Assembly (NCBI GenBank): GCA_050287845.1
Contig: JBNKCR010000012.1
Coordinates: 1-64,000, forward strand
Origin: Polyangia bacterium
GTDB lineage: Bacteria; Myxococcota_A; Polyangia; JAAYKL01
Direction of reading: 5' to 3'
DNA: 64,000 bases
Shown: piece after piece, positions 1 to 9,253 of the stretch
Layout of the letters: each line of letters begins with the position of its first letter
How positions within the stretch are numbered: position 1 is the stretch's first letter
Notes under the pieces: generated by a model
Told to the model about the DNA's origin: nothing
Seen by the model: the letters and a program-made list of their open reading frames with translations, nothing else
Database searches by the model: none
Program-made: the position numbers and the translations under genes

Positions 1-60
1 TTCGTAGGTGTCTGTGTTGCCGACATTGTTGGGGGTGTCAGTATCGTCGGTGGTGGTCAT
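1..60 (-). CDS. 5' end of a hypothetical protein running off the left edge (MTTTDDTDTPNNVGNTDTYE...)
   Basis: ATG at 60-58 on the minus strand, preceded by a strong RBS (GAAAGGAG, about 5 nt upstream); open to the window edge. Confidence 0.6.
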   Translation of the reverse strand, partial: MTTTDDTDTPNNVGNTDTYE

Positions 61-154
61 GTGACTCCTTTCATTTCATTATGGACAGCCGTAGAAATTG
101 TTGTTATGGTATTGGCTTCCAACCCGAAATTTTCATTCCAGACAGAGTAGTAAA

Positions 155-180
155 AGAAGTTGCACCTGGGTGCAACTTCT
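155..180. promoter_or_regulatory. Perfect 12-bp inverted repeat, operator-like (AGAAGTTGCACC-TG-GGTGCAACTTCT)
   Basis: Read directly; lies about 95 bp upstream of the minus-strand gene starting at 60. Confidence 0.45.
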
Positions 181-188
181 GCCGTGCA

Positions 189-221
189 ATGTGGCATATG
201 TGACATATGTGGCATATGTGG
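189..221. repeat. 9-bp tandem repeat ATGTG(G/A)CAT, about 3.7 copies
   Basis: ATGTGGCAT ATGTGACAT ATGTGGCAT ATGTGG read directly. Confidence 0.8.
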
Positions 222-335
222 TCCGCCGTCGCTCGCGAGCGAGCTGTGGCGGGATGATCGGAATACGGCAGACGGTTGTCCGCGCTTCGCGCCTTTGGCG
301 CTTCGGCGGATCTTCGACTTTAAGAGAAATAGCAG

Positions 336-558
336 GTTTGCGTTCGCTCTCGCTCATTTTGCTCCGCAAAAAATCCCTCTCACACCTTTTCTTCGAAAAG
401 ATGTTGCCGGGTACCGCGAACAAGTCGCGGTGATTTGCCGCGAGCATAAAAAAAGCCCTGAAATAGTGATGGAGATCAAAGGAAGGGATAGTTTGCGTTC
501 GCTCTCGCTCATTTTGCTCCGCAAAATAAGCTGCCGCGAGCATAAAAAAAGCCCTGAA
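336..558. repeat. Two interleaved direct repeats downstream of the tRNA: 36-bp A (336-371, 491-526) and 27-bp B (436-462, 532-558)
   Basis: A = GTTTGCGTTCGCTCTCGCTCATTTTGCTCCGCAAAA; B = TGCCGCGAGCATAAAAAAAGCCCTGAA; the copies are identical. Confidence 0.85.
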
Positions 559-582
559 GTACCTTCAGGGCTTTTTTTATGC
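540..582 (-). terminator. Intrinsic terminator of tRNA-Leu (bidirectional hairpin)
   Basis: 20-bp perfect inverted repeat GCATAAAAAAAGCCCTGAAG-TAC-CTTCAGGGCTTTTTTTATGC with A/T tracts on both sides, directly after the tRNA 3' end. Confidence 0.85.
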
Positions 583-662
583 GAGGAGGGGGAATCGAAC
601 CCCCACACCGTTGGGTACTGGAACCTAAATCCAGCGCGTCTGCCTAGTTCCGCCATCCTCGC
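580..662 (-). tRNA. tRNA-Leu, anticodon TAG (CCA not encoded)
   Basis: Reverse complement GCGAGGATGGCGGAACTAGGCAGACGCGCTGGATTTAGGTTCCAG...GGGGGTTCGATTCCCCCTCCTCGCA; acceptor stem, D-loop GG, CTGGA/TCCAG anticodon stem, long variable arm, TTCGA loop. Confidence 0.95.
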
Positions 663-840
663 GAAATTAATGTGGTAAATATTAAATAGTCATTCAGATT
701 ATTGTCATAATTAGACGATGTTTCTTTATGACTTCTTTTGATTTAGGTCAATAGCTGCTATAGAGATTTTTCGGTCACTTACAGGAAACGGTTTGAATTT
801 TGCCTTTTCAATAAAAAGGTTACTAATGAGGGAATTGGGA

Positions 841-3807
841 ATGAACAGTATGAGTCTTCGCTTATTGGTTGTCATTGCGGTACTCGGCGCGATTTTTTCG
901 TCGACGAACGGTTGGACAGCATTGAAATCTTCAGAGGGCACCAAACACGATCTGGCCAGAGCAGAGGTGATGGACCGCACCATTCTGGCGGTGATGGAAG
1001 ATTATTACGATTCGGAGCGCATTGAACCGCTGTCGATGTTCAGGGGGGCGATGGACGAGTTGATTAAGGCCGTGGCGGAAATCAAGGTGACTTACGATGG
1101 GGATAAACAGGCCCTGATTGAGGTACCGGGCAATCAGCTTTCGCTTTCTCTGGGAACGATGAACAGCCCCTGGGGGCTCTCCCGGGCATTTCATCGGATA
1201 TTTGCCTTTTTGCAGAAGAATTTGCCACGCGATGAAAACATTAATTATCAGACCATTGAATATGCGGCGGTGAATGGGTTGCTGGCAACTCTGGACCCGC
1301 ATACCAGCGCGATGATTCCCGATGTATGGGAGGAACTGCGCATGAGTACCCGCGGGGCGTTTGAGGGAATCGGTATTCGCATCACCACCGATTATCGCGA
1401 ACCGTGCAACGGCGAGCTGACTGTGGTGGAGGTGTTTGACGGGACCCCAGCCCAGAAGGCCGGGTTGAAGGTGGGCGATAAAATTATTCGGATTGAAGAT
1501 GATTCCACGGTGAATATCACTACGTCAGAAGCGGCGGATCAACTGCGGGGAGAGCGGGGCACCAAGGTGAAGGTGGGTATCCTGCGCAAGGATGGGACCC
1601 GGAAGACATTGTACATTGTGCGTCAGCGGATTCCGATAGACAGTGTGAAATCGAAGATGCTGAAGGACAACATTGGTTATATCGAGCTATCGGCATTTCA
1701 GCAGAGCAGCGCCACGGAGATGGAAAATGCACTGGAGAGTCTGCATGAAAAGAACATGAAGGGACTCGTGCTGGATTTGCGAGGCAATCCCGGCGGGTTG
1801 CTGGAGGCGGCCATTGATATCGCGAATCTTTTTATCGGCAACGGGACGCTGGTCACCACGGCCGGTCGCAATCCGGGGGATAGAGATGTCACCAATGCGG
1901 ATGCGGACGGCACCGAGCCGGCATATCCCATTGCAATTCTGATTGATGGGTACACGGCGTCTGCCGCGGAGATTTTATCGGGAGCACTGCGCAATCATGG
2001 TCGCGCCCTGTTGGTTGGGGATACCACGTTTGGCAAGGGGTCGGTACAGAACATCATTTCGTTGCCGGACGGTGGCGCCCTGCGTCTGACCATTCAGCAA
2101 TACCTGATTCCAGGCGATATTTCGATTCAGGCAGTGGGAGTGGCTCCGGATATTTCGTTTGCCCCATCGGTAATCGATCGCAAGGAAATGCTGGTGTCTC
2201 ATCGGGAGCAGTCGTTCTCCGAGGCCAGTCTGGACTCCCATCTGATTCGCGCATCCAGAATTGAACGGGGCGATCGACCGGGCGCGCTGCGCATGCCGTA
2301 TTTTGTGTCGGCGAAGCAACGCCAGGAGGATATGGCGCTGTTCAGGCAGTGTTACAGTGACGATTTGGATCGGAAGTCTTATCGGAGTCGCTATGAAACG
2401 GAGTTTGCCCGTCGGGTGGTCAGTCGGGCGACAGGGGTTACAACGGCGGAACTGCTGGTGACCGCGCGTCAGATGATATCGGAGATGGCAGCGGGAGAGC
2501 AGAAAGAGGTGAGCAAGGCGCTGTCGAAGCTTGGGGTGGACTGGGAGAGGCCGGATGGCGAGGTGGATGCGACGCCGGAAGAAATGGTGCCTGCGGATTC
2601 CCTCAGGGCCACCATTTCGCTGGACAATACCGCACAGGCCGGACGGGATTTTCGATTTACTGTGACGGTGAAGAATACCGGAAAAAAACCGGTGCATCAG
2701 CTTCGGGCGAAAACGGTCAGTGACAATCCGTACCTGTCCGACATAGATTTGGTGTTCGGTAAGCTCCTGCCCGGGAAAAGCCGCAAATGGACGGCGACGG
2801 TGTCGTTGCCTCCGGTGGCCATGTCGCGAATTGACCCGATGTCAGTGACATTCTTCAGTGCAGAGGGTGTAGTGCCCGATGACCGGGAAGTGAGCGTGCA
2901 GGTGAGCGGGAGGAAAATACCGCGTCTGGTGTATGAGTGGAATGTGCAGGACAATGGCAATGGGAACGGATTCATTGAGCCGGGAGAGAAATTCACCATG
3001 CGGCTCAAGGTGATCAATCGGGGAGAAGGGCCCACCTTTAAAACCGAAGCGAATCTGTCGTCCAATCCGGGGCTGGATATTGAAAGTGGGCGATTTGTGC
3101 TCAAGGCATTGGCGCCGGGGGAGTCGGTGGAAGGCCAGTTTGTTCTGTCGGCGCCGGAGGTGGCTATTTCCAGTGTGCGTCCGGTGGAAGCCACGCTGAC
3201 ATTTGATGAATGGGTCCCCATGAAAATGCCTTCGCTGTTGAGCCTGCAACAGCAGACATTTGTATTTTCGGTGTACCCCGGTATGCCGGAGGTGGATGAG
3301 GCGAGCGGTACGGTGATGGTGGTGGAGCCGGGAACGCCCATTTTTATGGCGCCGTCATCGGGTGCATCAGTCGCGGGCATTGCGGAGAAAGACGCTGTGT
3401 TCACGGTGAATGGACGGCTGGGGGATTTTTTCCGCGTGAAGCTCGACGATCATTTCAGCGGATGGATGGCCCGAAAGCGGGTGGCGCCGGGGGGGGCGGG
3501 AAAACAGGCATACACACCGGCGGTCACTCAGTTGCCCTCGATTGAACTGGAAGGAGATGACGTCCGGGTGGTGAATAACAGTTCCATTGTTGTGAAGGGC
3601 GATGTGGGGCATCCGGATGGTCTCAGAGATCTTCTGGTATTTGTGGGCGGTAAAAAAGTGGAATACGAAATGCTCAGGAACACAACGAATCGGAAGTTTT
3701 CTTTCCAGGTGCCCCTGGAGACCGGCGCCAATATGATTTCGATTATTGCCAGGCATGACCGGCATTCGGTTGCATCCCGCAGTGTATTTGTCAGACGAAC
3801 AGAGTAG
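841..3807 (+). CDS. Carboxyl-terminal processing protease, S41A family (MXAN_5808-like long form: PDZ + S41 + Ig-like domains + SH3-like)
   Basis: LDPHT, GIGI PDZ, DLRGNPGGLL, TASAAEILSGAL, TFGKGSVQ motifs; signal peptide; ORF open from 793, start 841 chosen by signal peptide and RBS. Confidence 0.9.
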   Translation: MNSMSLRLLVVIAVLGAIFSSTNGWTALKSSEGTKHDLARAEVMDRTILAVMEDYYDSERIEPLSMFRGAMDELIKAVAEIKVTYDGDKQALIEVPGNQLSLSLGTMNSPWGLSRAFHRIFAFLQKNLPRDENINYQTIEYAAVNGLLATLDPHTSAMIPDVWEELRMSTRGAFEGIGIRITTDYREPCNGELTVVEVFDGTPAQKAGLKVGDKIIRIEDDSTVNITTSEAADQLRGERGTKVKVGILRKDGTRKTLYIVRQRIPIDSVKSKMLKDNIGYIELSAFQQSSATEMENALESLHEKNMKGLVLDLRGNPGGLLEAAIDIANLFIGNGTLVTTAGRNPGDRDVTNADADGTEPAYPIAILIDGYTASAAEILSGALRNHGRALLVGDTTFGKGSVQNIISLPDGGALRLTIQQYLIPGDISIQAVGVAPDISFAPSVIDRKEMLVSHREQSFSEASLDSHLIRASRIERGDRPGALRMPYFVSAKQRQEDMALFRQCYSDDLDRKSYRSRYETEFARRVVSRATGVTTAELLVTARQMISEMAAGEQKEVSKALSKLGVDWERPDGEVDATPEEMVPADSLRATISLDNTAQAGRDFRFTVTVKNTGKKPVHQLRAKTVSDNPYLSDIDLVFGKLLPGKSRKWTATVSLPPVAMSRIDPMSVTFFSAEGVVPDDREVSVQVSGRKIPRLVYEWNVQDNGNGNGFIEPGEKFTMRLKVINRGEGPTFKTEANLSSNPGLDIESGRFVLKALAPGESVEGQFVLSAPEVAISSVRPVEATLTFDEWVPMKMPSLLSLQQQTFVFSVYPGMPEVDEASGTVMVVEPGTPIFMAPSSGASVAGIAEKDAVFTVNGRLGDFFRVKLDDHFSGWMARKRVAPGGAGKQAYTPAVTQLPSIELEGDDVRVVNNSSIVVKGDVGHPDGLRDLLVFVGGKKVEYEMLRNTTNRKFSFQVPLETGANMISIIARHDRHSVASRSVFVRRTE

Positions 3808-4892
3808 TGACTGTGTCGCGCGGTATTATCGGGACAGCTTTTGCGCTTGGAATCCTACTGTGTTTTACCGGGAAGGCGTATGGCAGATTCCTGGGAATCG
3901 TGTCACCGTCAGCCGAAGCCCCGACGCACCTGGCCCCGGGAAACCGGATGGCGGTGGAAGTGGCACTGCCCATTGCCCTGACTCCCCCTCCGGGTGTGCA
4001 GAAAGCAAAGGTCTGGAAGGACTGGCATGTTGTTATCGAAAGGCAGGTGGAGATTGGCTTCGGCCGCACATCAAAGCACCTGCGCTATGAACTGCGCCTG
4101 TTGCGGATTCGTCCGGGGACGCAGAATTCGAATTATCTGATGCAGGCAGACGTATTTCCGTGGCTTCCCGCCGGTACCTATGATGTGTCAGTGCGGGGGC
4201 CGGGATTCGCCTATTCGGCGCCTGTCAGCCTGAATCTGTCCGGGGAGAAGGCACATCCATTTCGGGGCAGCGTGACGGAACAGCGCCCGGGAACGTGGCT
4301 ATTGAATCGCTCTCCGGGAGCGGCCCGGCCGGAGTGGCTGGAAGCGGTGGTGGCCAGAGATATGGCAGGGGTCGAAGTGTGGCTCGAAAATCAACGGCTG
4401 CGGAAAATGGATGTGGTCTGGGCCTGCAATGATGTGGAGAAGGGCAGCGACGGGCGGCGTCTGATTCGATTCAGGATTCCTGCGGACATCCGCACCGGGA
4501 CCTTGTCGTTTAAACCCCATCAGCGCTCCGGTCAGCAGGTGGTCATTGCCCCTGACGCCGAGGTAATTCGTCCGCTGGAATGGGTTGAGCTTCGTGTGAA
4601 GTCGTCTTTTTCTCCAATAAAGGTGGTGTGGCGATTTGTGGATGGGGAAATGGATGAGGGAGATAAAGTGCGCTACCGATGGATGGTTGGGACACAGGCA
4701 ATTGCGGAAGTGACCGCGTTTGATGAGTACGCTACGCCCTGGACGACAACCATGGCGCGTCCGCTGCGGATGCCTCTCAGTCGCTCCGGGCAGATGTGCG
4801 CGTTTTCTGCGGCAGGTGGTGATACAGCAGATTTTCCTGTTGCCGTTTTAATGAAGATTTGTGTTGAATCATTTTTCAATTTAATGGAATAG
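3807..4892 (+). CDS. Hypothetical secreted protein with possible C-terminal PKD-like segment
   Basis: 361-aa ORF translationally coupled to the protease; N-terminal signal peptide; VVWRFVDGEMDEGDKVRYRW resembles PKD. Confidence 0.65.
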   Translation: MTVSRGIIGTAFALGILLCFTGKAYGRFLGIVSPSAEAPTHLAPGNRMAVEVALPIALTPPPGVQKAKVWKDWHVVIERQVEIGFGRTSKHLRYELRLLRIRPGTQNSNYLMQADVFPWLPAGTYDVSVRGPGFAYSAPVSLNLSGEKAHPFRGSVTEQRPGTWLLNRSPGAARPEWLEAVVARDMAGVEVWLENQRLRKMDVVWACNDVEKGSDGRRLIRFRIPADIRTGTLSFKPHQRSGQQVVIAPDAEVIRPLEWVELRVKSSFSPIKVVWRFVDGEMDEGDKVRYRWMVGTQAIAEVTAFDEYATPWTTTMARPLRMPLSRSGQMCAFSAAGGDTADFPVAVLMKICVESFFNLME

Positions 4893-4947
4893 ACCTAGTA
4901 TTGCGATCCGTTGGATGTATGGTTTGTGAATAGGAATGAGGAATTTT

Positions 4948-5427
4948 ATGAAACATCTGATTTTTATTTCCTGGGTTGTGCTTGCTTCAGCCGCGTTGTG
5001 CAGTGGCTGTCAGAAACAGTACATTGCCAATACTGAAATACTTGATAACGATTTTAATCGCGATGTACTCAGTTTCTGCGAACGGTATCGCCATGGGGTT
5101 GAAGACAAAAATATCGGATTGCTGCTGTCTCTGGCGTCGCCTCGATATTTTGACAACAGCGGCACGCCTTCCGGTGACGATGATGTGGACAAGGCTGGCC
5201 TGGAAGAGTTGTTGAACAAGCGGTTTGCCCCCATTGAATCCATTCGATTCGAAACGATTTACCGGGCGATTTTTGAGATGAACAGCGTTATCTACATTGA
5301 ATACACATACACAATGAGCTTTCAGTACACCCTGAATGGGGAAACCAAATGGGAAAACCACACCGGAGACAATCGGCTGGAGCTGGAGCGCAACGAAAAC
5401 GGTTTCCTGATTCTGAGTGGGATGTAG
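4948..5427 (+). CDS. Lipoprotein, NTF2-like fold probable
   Basis: Lipobox CSGC, RBS GAGGA; helix-then-strand pattern ending NRLELERNENGFLILSGM. Confidence 0.7.
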   Translation: MKHLIFISWVVLASAALCSGCQKQYIANTEILDNDFNRDVLSFCERYRHGVEDKNIGLLLSLASPRYFDNSGTPSGDDDVDKAGLEELLNKRFAPIESIRFETIYRAIFEMNSVIYIEYTYTMSFQYTLNGETKWENHTGDNRLELERNENGFLILSGM

Positions 5428-5758
5428 CGTAGAGGGACCGTTTCCGCCATTCTGCAATCAATACGACCATTGCAGTGAAATATCATAGGGTATATATGTA
5501 TTTGTGCAATTTGATCGCGGGGATTGTCAGCGTATAATTTTATCAGATGGTTTGGTTTTTTGGCTTGTGGTCCATAGATCGTGTGTGTAATGTGGCTTCG
5601 AATGGCCTTCGGTAACCCGACGAGATTGAGTCCGATTGATGTCGATGGCGTCGACGTTTGTTCGACGCCGGGGATCGGTGGGATGAAGCTCTTCGCGAAA
5701 CCAGTATCAGTCTGAAATTTTCGGGCGTGACGCGGTGCAGAGGTTGTAAGAGAACAGC

Positions 5759-7138
5759 ATGACCAGTGAAAAGAAGACCGACACTGAATACAGCCCGTTG
5801 GACCATTCTCACGATGGTGTCAATGCATACAGCGATGCCAAAGCAGCTCAGAAACTGCAGGAGATACAGCACAGATTGAAGAAGCTGGTCGCCCAGACAG
5901 GCTTTCAGGGGATCAATCTGGAAGCTTTGGAAATTGATTTATCAATTCTCGAAATTCTGCCTCGCGAAATTGCGGAACAGCATGTCATTTTGCCCATTGC
6001 GGTGTCCGGTGATATGCTTCACCTTGCCATGGCCACACCGGAGGACAATCGGGTAGTGGAAGAAATTGAGTTTGTGTCCGGCAGAACGGTACTTGCCAGT
6101 GTGGCGATACGACCGCAGCTGTTACATCTCATTGATGTCTGTTACTCGGCAAAGGACAGTGGCGGGCGCAGATACGTGGGTCCGTGGGCGTCGAAAGGGG
6201 ATGCGCTGGTGGCGCCGAATGCTGAAACCGATTCGGTATCGTCGAGAATTTCCACGGTGCCAAACCCGAAATTGGATTTGGACCTGGAGATGGATTTCTC
6301 CGATGACGCTTCCGCCAAATCACTGGGGATGATGGGCGCCATCGAAGATGAGCCGGAACCTGAGCTGGAAGTGCAGAAAAAGATACTGGTCGTGGACGAC
6401 GAGGATGACATTCGCCTGCTGATTTCAAGAGTATTGAAGGAAAAGGGATACGATGTTGTGACTGCCGGACGCGGACTTGAGGCCGTTCAGATGGTGCAGA
6501 ACGAGGAGCCGGATATGATCATTCTCGATGCCATGCTGCCGGAGGTTCACGGATTTGATATCTGCCGGAAAATAAAGGGCAGCAAGAAATACGGACACAT
6601 TCCGGTGATTATGATTTCGGCGATTTACCGGGGATGGCGGTATGCACAGGATTTGAAGGATTCGTATGGTGTGGACGAATTTATTGAAAAGCCCTTTAAA
6701 TTGACAGAATTTATCGAAAAGGTAGAAAAACTGCTGGCTGAAGACAATACCGAGGTGGCGGAGGCCCAGGAGGATCTGACCCGAAAAACAGAGGATATTC
6801 TGGCGCAGTCGATTAAGGCGTACAAGTCTGGCGATCTGGATCGCGCCATCGACCTGCTGAAGCGCGGTCTCGAAATTGATCCGCTGTCCTACAAGTTGCA
6901 CTATAATCTGGCATTATTGTTGGGGAAGAAGGCGTTGAATTATCAGGCAATACGCGAATTGGAAAGCACTCTGGAGCTGGAACCGAACTATTTTCCGGCC
7001 ATGAAGAACCTGGCACTGCTGTACCAGAAAGCCGGATTCAAATTCAAGGCTATCGAAACGTGGGAGCGGTCACTGCATTACTGTCCGGACGATGAAACGA
7101 GAAACAACATCAAACAGCACTTGATGGATATTCTGTAG
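5759..7138 (+). CDS. Response regulator with N-terminal GSPII_N (T2SSE_N) domain, REC domain and C-terminal TPRs
   Basis: LPREIAEQHVILPIAV..LHLAMATP (GspE/PilB N-domain); KILVVDDE..IILDAMLP..MISA..EKPF (REC); TPR helices. Confidence 0.85.
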   Translation: MTSEKKTDTEYSPLDHSHDGVNAYSDAKAAQKLQEIQHRLKKLVAQTGFQGINLEALEIDLSILEILPREIAEQHVILPIAVSGDMLHLAMATPEDNRVVEEIEFVSGRTVLASVAIRPQLLHLIDVCYSAKDSGGRRYVGPWASKGDALVAPNAETDSVSSRISTVPNPKLDLDLEMDFSDDASAKSLGMMGAIEDEPEPELEVQKKILVVDDEDDIRLLISRVLKEKGYDVVTAGRGLEAVQMVQNEEPDMIILDAMLPEVHGFDICRKIKGSKKYGHIPVIMISAIYRGWRYAQDLKDSYGVDEFIEKPFKLTEFIEKVEKLLAEDNTEVAEAQEDLTRKTEDILAQSIKAYKSGDLDRAIDLLKRGLEIDPLSYKLHYNLALLLGKKALNYQAIRELESTLELEPNYFPAMKNLALLYQKAGFKFKAIETWERSLHYCPDDETRNNIKQHLMDIL

Positions 7139-7139
7139 A

Positions 7140-8060
7140 ATGGGGGGCCGATTGACTTCGGTGTTTGAGCAGCAGTATGCCGATTCGTTTTCACGGGCAG
7201 GTGACGACGGCACATCATTTGATTCCGTACTGGATGAATCCCTGAACGAGATTCAGAACTCGACTGGTGGGAACGGTTCCCCTGTATCGATGGCAAGCCC
7301 GTCTGTTTCTCCAACGCCGGGGACCGGAAACGGGTGGTCCCTGTCACCTGGAAGGCAGACCTTTTTCAGTACATTTTTTCCGGGGAGGGTTTCCGGACGC
7401 GATACCCGATTTCGCTGGTTTGCAACCTTTTTCGCCGGAGTGGGTGTCGGCGCGCTGGTGGTGTTCGCGATAATGTGGGGGCGGGAACCGGATGCTATTG
7501 TGAAGGAAAAAGTGGTTACCGAAACCAGAATTGTTTACCGGGAAGCGGCTCCCGGCAGTTCGGGAGCGGAAGCGGCGTCGGTGAATGCGGTTGCAGCGCT
7601 TGAGAACAATGCCGAAGAAAAATCGGCCGGAAAACGAAAAAACAGAAAGCCGAAGAAGGGCCGTGCTGCCTCACGGGTGGAGCGGAAAAAAAAGTTGCTG
7701 GCCAGTCTGAATACGGGCGCTGGCGCTAAACGGCCGGGGCCCGATGGCGGTGGCTCTGCCAGCGGGCTCTCTTCCACACAGATGAATCGGGTGGTGTCTA
7801 AAAATCGAAGCAGTCTTCAGTTCTGTTACGAGCGGGAACTGAAAAAGGGAACCGCATCCTCTTTTAATGATATTAAAGTAACATTTCATGTGAATGTCGG
7901 CACTTCCGGCACGGTTACCGGTGCGCGCATTTCCGGCGCAGGGGCCGCGCTTCCGGGGTTGAAAAAATGCCTGAACGACGCAGTGCGACGTTGGATTTTT
8001 CCGCCGGCTTCCGCCAGTTCGAGCGTTCAGTTTCCCATCGTTTTCACGCCATCGAGGTAA
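7140..8060 (+). CDS. Single-TM protein with AgmX/PglI (GltJ/TonB-C-like) C-terminal domain
   Basis: TM helix; C-terminal VVSKNRSSLQFCYERELK...GTVTGARI...CLNDAVRRWIFPP...FPIVF. Confidence 0.8.
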   Translation: MGGRLTSVFEQQYADSFSRAGDDGTSFDSVLDESLNEIQNSTGGNGSPVSMASPSVSPTPGTGNGWSLSPGRQTFFSTFFPGRVSGRDTRFRWFATFFAGVGVGALVVFAIMWGREPDAIVKEKVVTETRIVYREAAPGSSGAEAASVNAVAALENNAEEKSAGKRKNRKPKKGRAASRVERKKKLLASLNTGAGAKRPGPDGGGSASGLSSTQMNRVVSKNRSSLQFCYERELKKGTASSFNDIKVTFHVNVGTSGTVTGARISGAGAALPGLKKCLNDAVRRWIFPPASASSSVQFPIVFTPSR

Positions 8061-8064
8061 TCCG

Positions 8065-8334
8065 ATGACTCCTGAGGCGCTGTATGAGGTATCCCGACAG
8101 GGTCTTTTTCTGGTTCTTCTTCTGTCAGCCCCCGTACTGGCCGTGGCACTGGCAACAAATATCCTCACCGGTCTGCTGGCCCATTACACCAGACTCAGCG
8201 AACCGGCCGTCGGGAATGTGGCCCGGATGATTGCGGTGTTGGGCGCATTGCTGATTATCGGGCCCTGGATTGGGGGCCGTCTGGTTTCGTTTGCTCAGAG
8301 TGTCTGGCATCTGCTGATTCAGGCGGTGTCGTGA
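8065..8334 (+). CDS. fliQ: FliQ/SctS-family export-gate protein (diverged)
   Basis: 89 aa, MTPE...LVLLLSAPVLAVAL...GPWIGGRLVSF pattern; directly upstream of the FliR-like gene. Confidence 0.75.
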   Translation: MTPEALYEVSRQGLFLVLLLSAPVLAVALATNILTGLLAHYTRLSEPAVGNVARMIAVLGALLIIGPWIGGRLVSFAQSVWHLLIQAVS

Positions 8335-9063
8335 ATGGTGGATCCCTTTAGCGCGGCCGGACTGGTTGTCGCCGCATTGTTTGTCCGTTTCTTCGTCGCA
8401 TTCCGGATGGTGTCGCTCTCTGATGGCGCATCCTTGCCGATTTCCGCGGTGGGCGGACTGTCTGCCGCAATTGCCGTTTTTTCGGTTTCGCCGGTGGTTT
8501 CCGCAAACCTGACCGTGGCGATGATTCCGATAGTCTTCATTAAAGAGTTGCTGGTGGGGATGTTGCTCGGCATGTCAGTCCGACTCATTTTTTCCGTACT
8601 GCAAATCGCAGGTGGTCTGACCAATCTTTGTGCCTGGAAAATGGATACGCCGGAGAATGGCGCATATTTTGGCAGGCTGTATTTTGTTGTTGGGGCTGGT
8701 CTGTTTCTGTTGATGGACGGCCACCATGCGCTGACGTTGGCCGCGATGCGAGCGATTGATGTGATTCCCCCGCTCGGCAATATCGGAATCAGTGACGCGG
8801 CGCAACGGTTTCTTCCGCTTGTGACAAATATTTTTGTCGCATCGTTTCAGTTTGGTGTGCTGGTTGCGATGCCGGTGTTTGTCACGGTATTGCTGCTTGA
8901 GATTTTAGCGGCCTTCTGGACAGGTCTGAGAAATGGCCGGCAGATGTCCTTTTTTTCTTTTGTGCGGGGGTATGGCGCTCAGGCAGCAGCTGTCCTGTTT
9001 CTGTGGAAAAGCACCACCATTCTTGTCGATTTCCTCGGCAATCAGACTGCGTCCCTCTGGTAA
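8335..9063 (+). CDS. fliR: FliR/SctT-family export-gate protein (diverged)
   Basis: Multi-TM 242 aa; KELLVGMLLG..RLIFSVLQIAGG, LFLLMDGHH, AMPV...LLLEI motifs. Confidence 0.75.
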   Translation: MVDPFSAAGLVVAALFVRFFVAFRMVSLSDGASLPISAVGGLSAAIAVFSVSPVVSANLTVAMIPIVFIKELLVGMLLGMSVRLIFSVLQIAGGLTNLCAWKMDTPENGAYFGRLYFVVGAGLFLLMDGHHALTLAAMRAIDVIPPLGNIGISDAAQRFLPLVTNIFVASFQFGVLVAMPVFVTVLLLEILAAFWTGLRNGRQMSFFSFVRGYGAQAAAVLFLWKSTTILVDFLGNQTASLW

Positions 9064-9253
9064 CTGCCGGAATCTGAGCTCGAAATTGGCCCATTCTATG
9101 AATATCAACGAAAAAAACCAACAAATGAAAATTAATCCGATCCGCAGTTGACTAAACTGCCCTTCACAACGTACAAAACCGCATTCCATTTTCTGTTTTT
9201 CGATGATTTGGAGATGTGGAACAGGCTAAACACGAAAGTTGTGCTCGACAATT

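Noticed and set aside
336..662. attL/attR of an element integrated at tRNA-Leu
   Set aside because: The duplicated sequence is terminator arm and downstream DNA, not a direct repeat of the tRNA 3' half, and no integrase lies in the window
98..678. ORFs of 100-172 aa across the tRNA and repeat region
   Set aside because: They overlap tRNA-Leu, its terminator and non-coding repeats, and show no protein-like motifs
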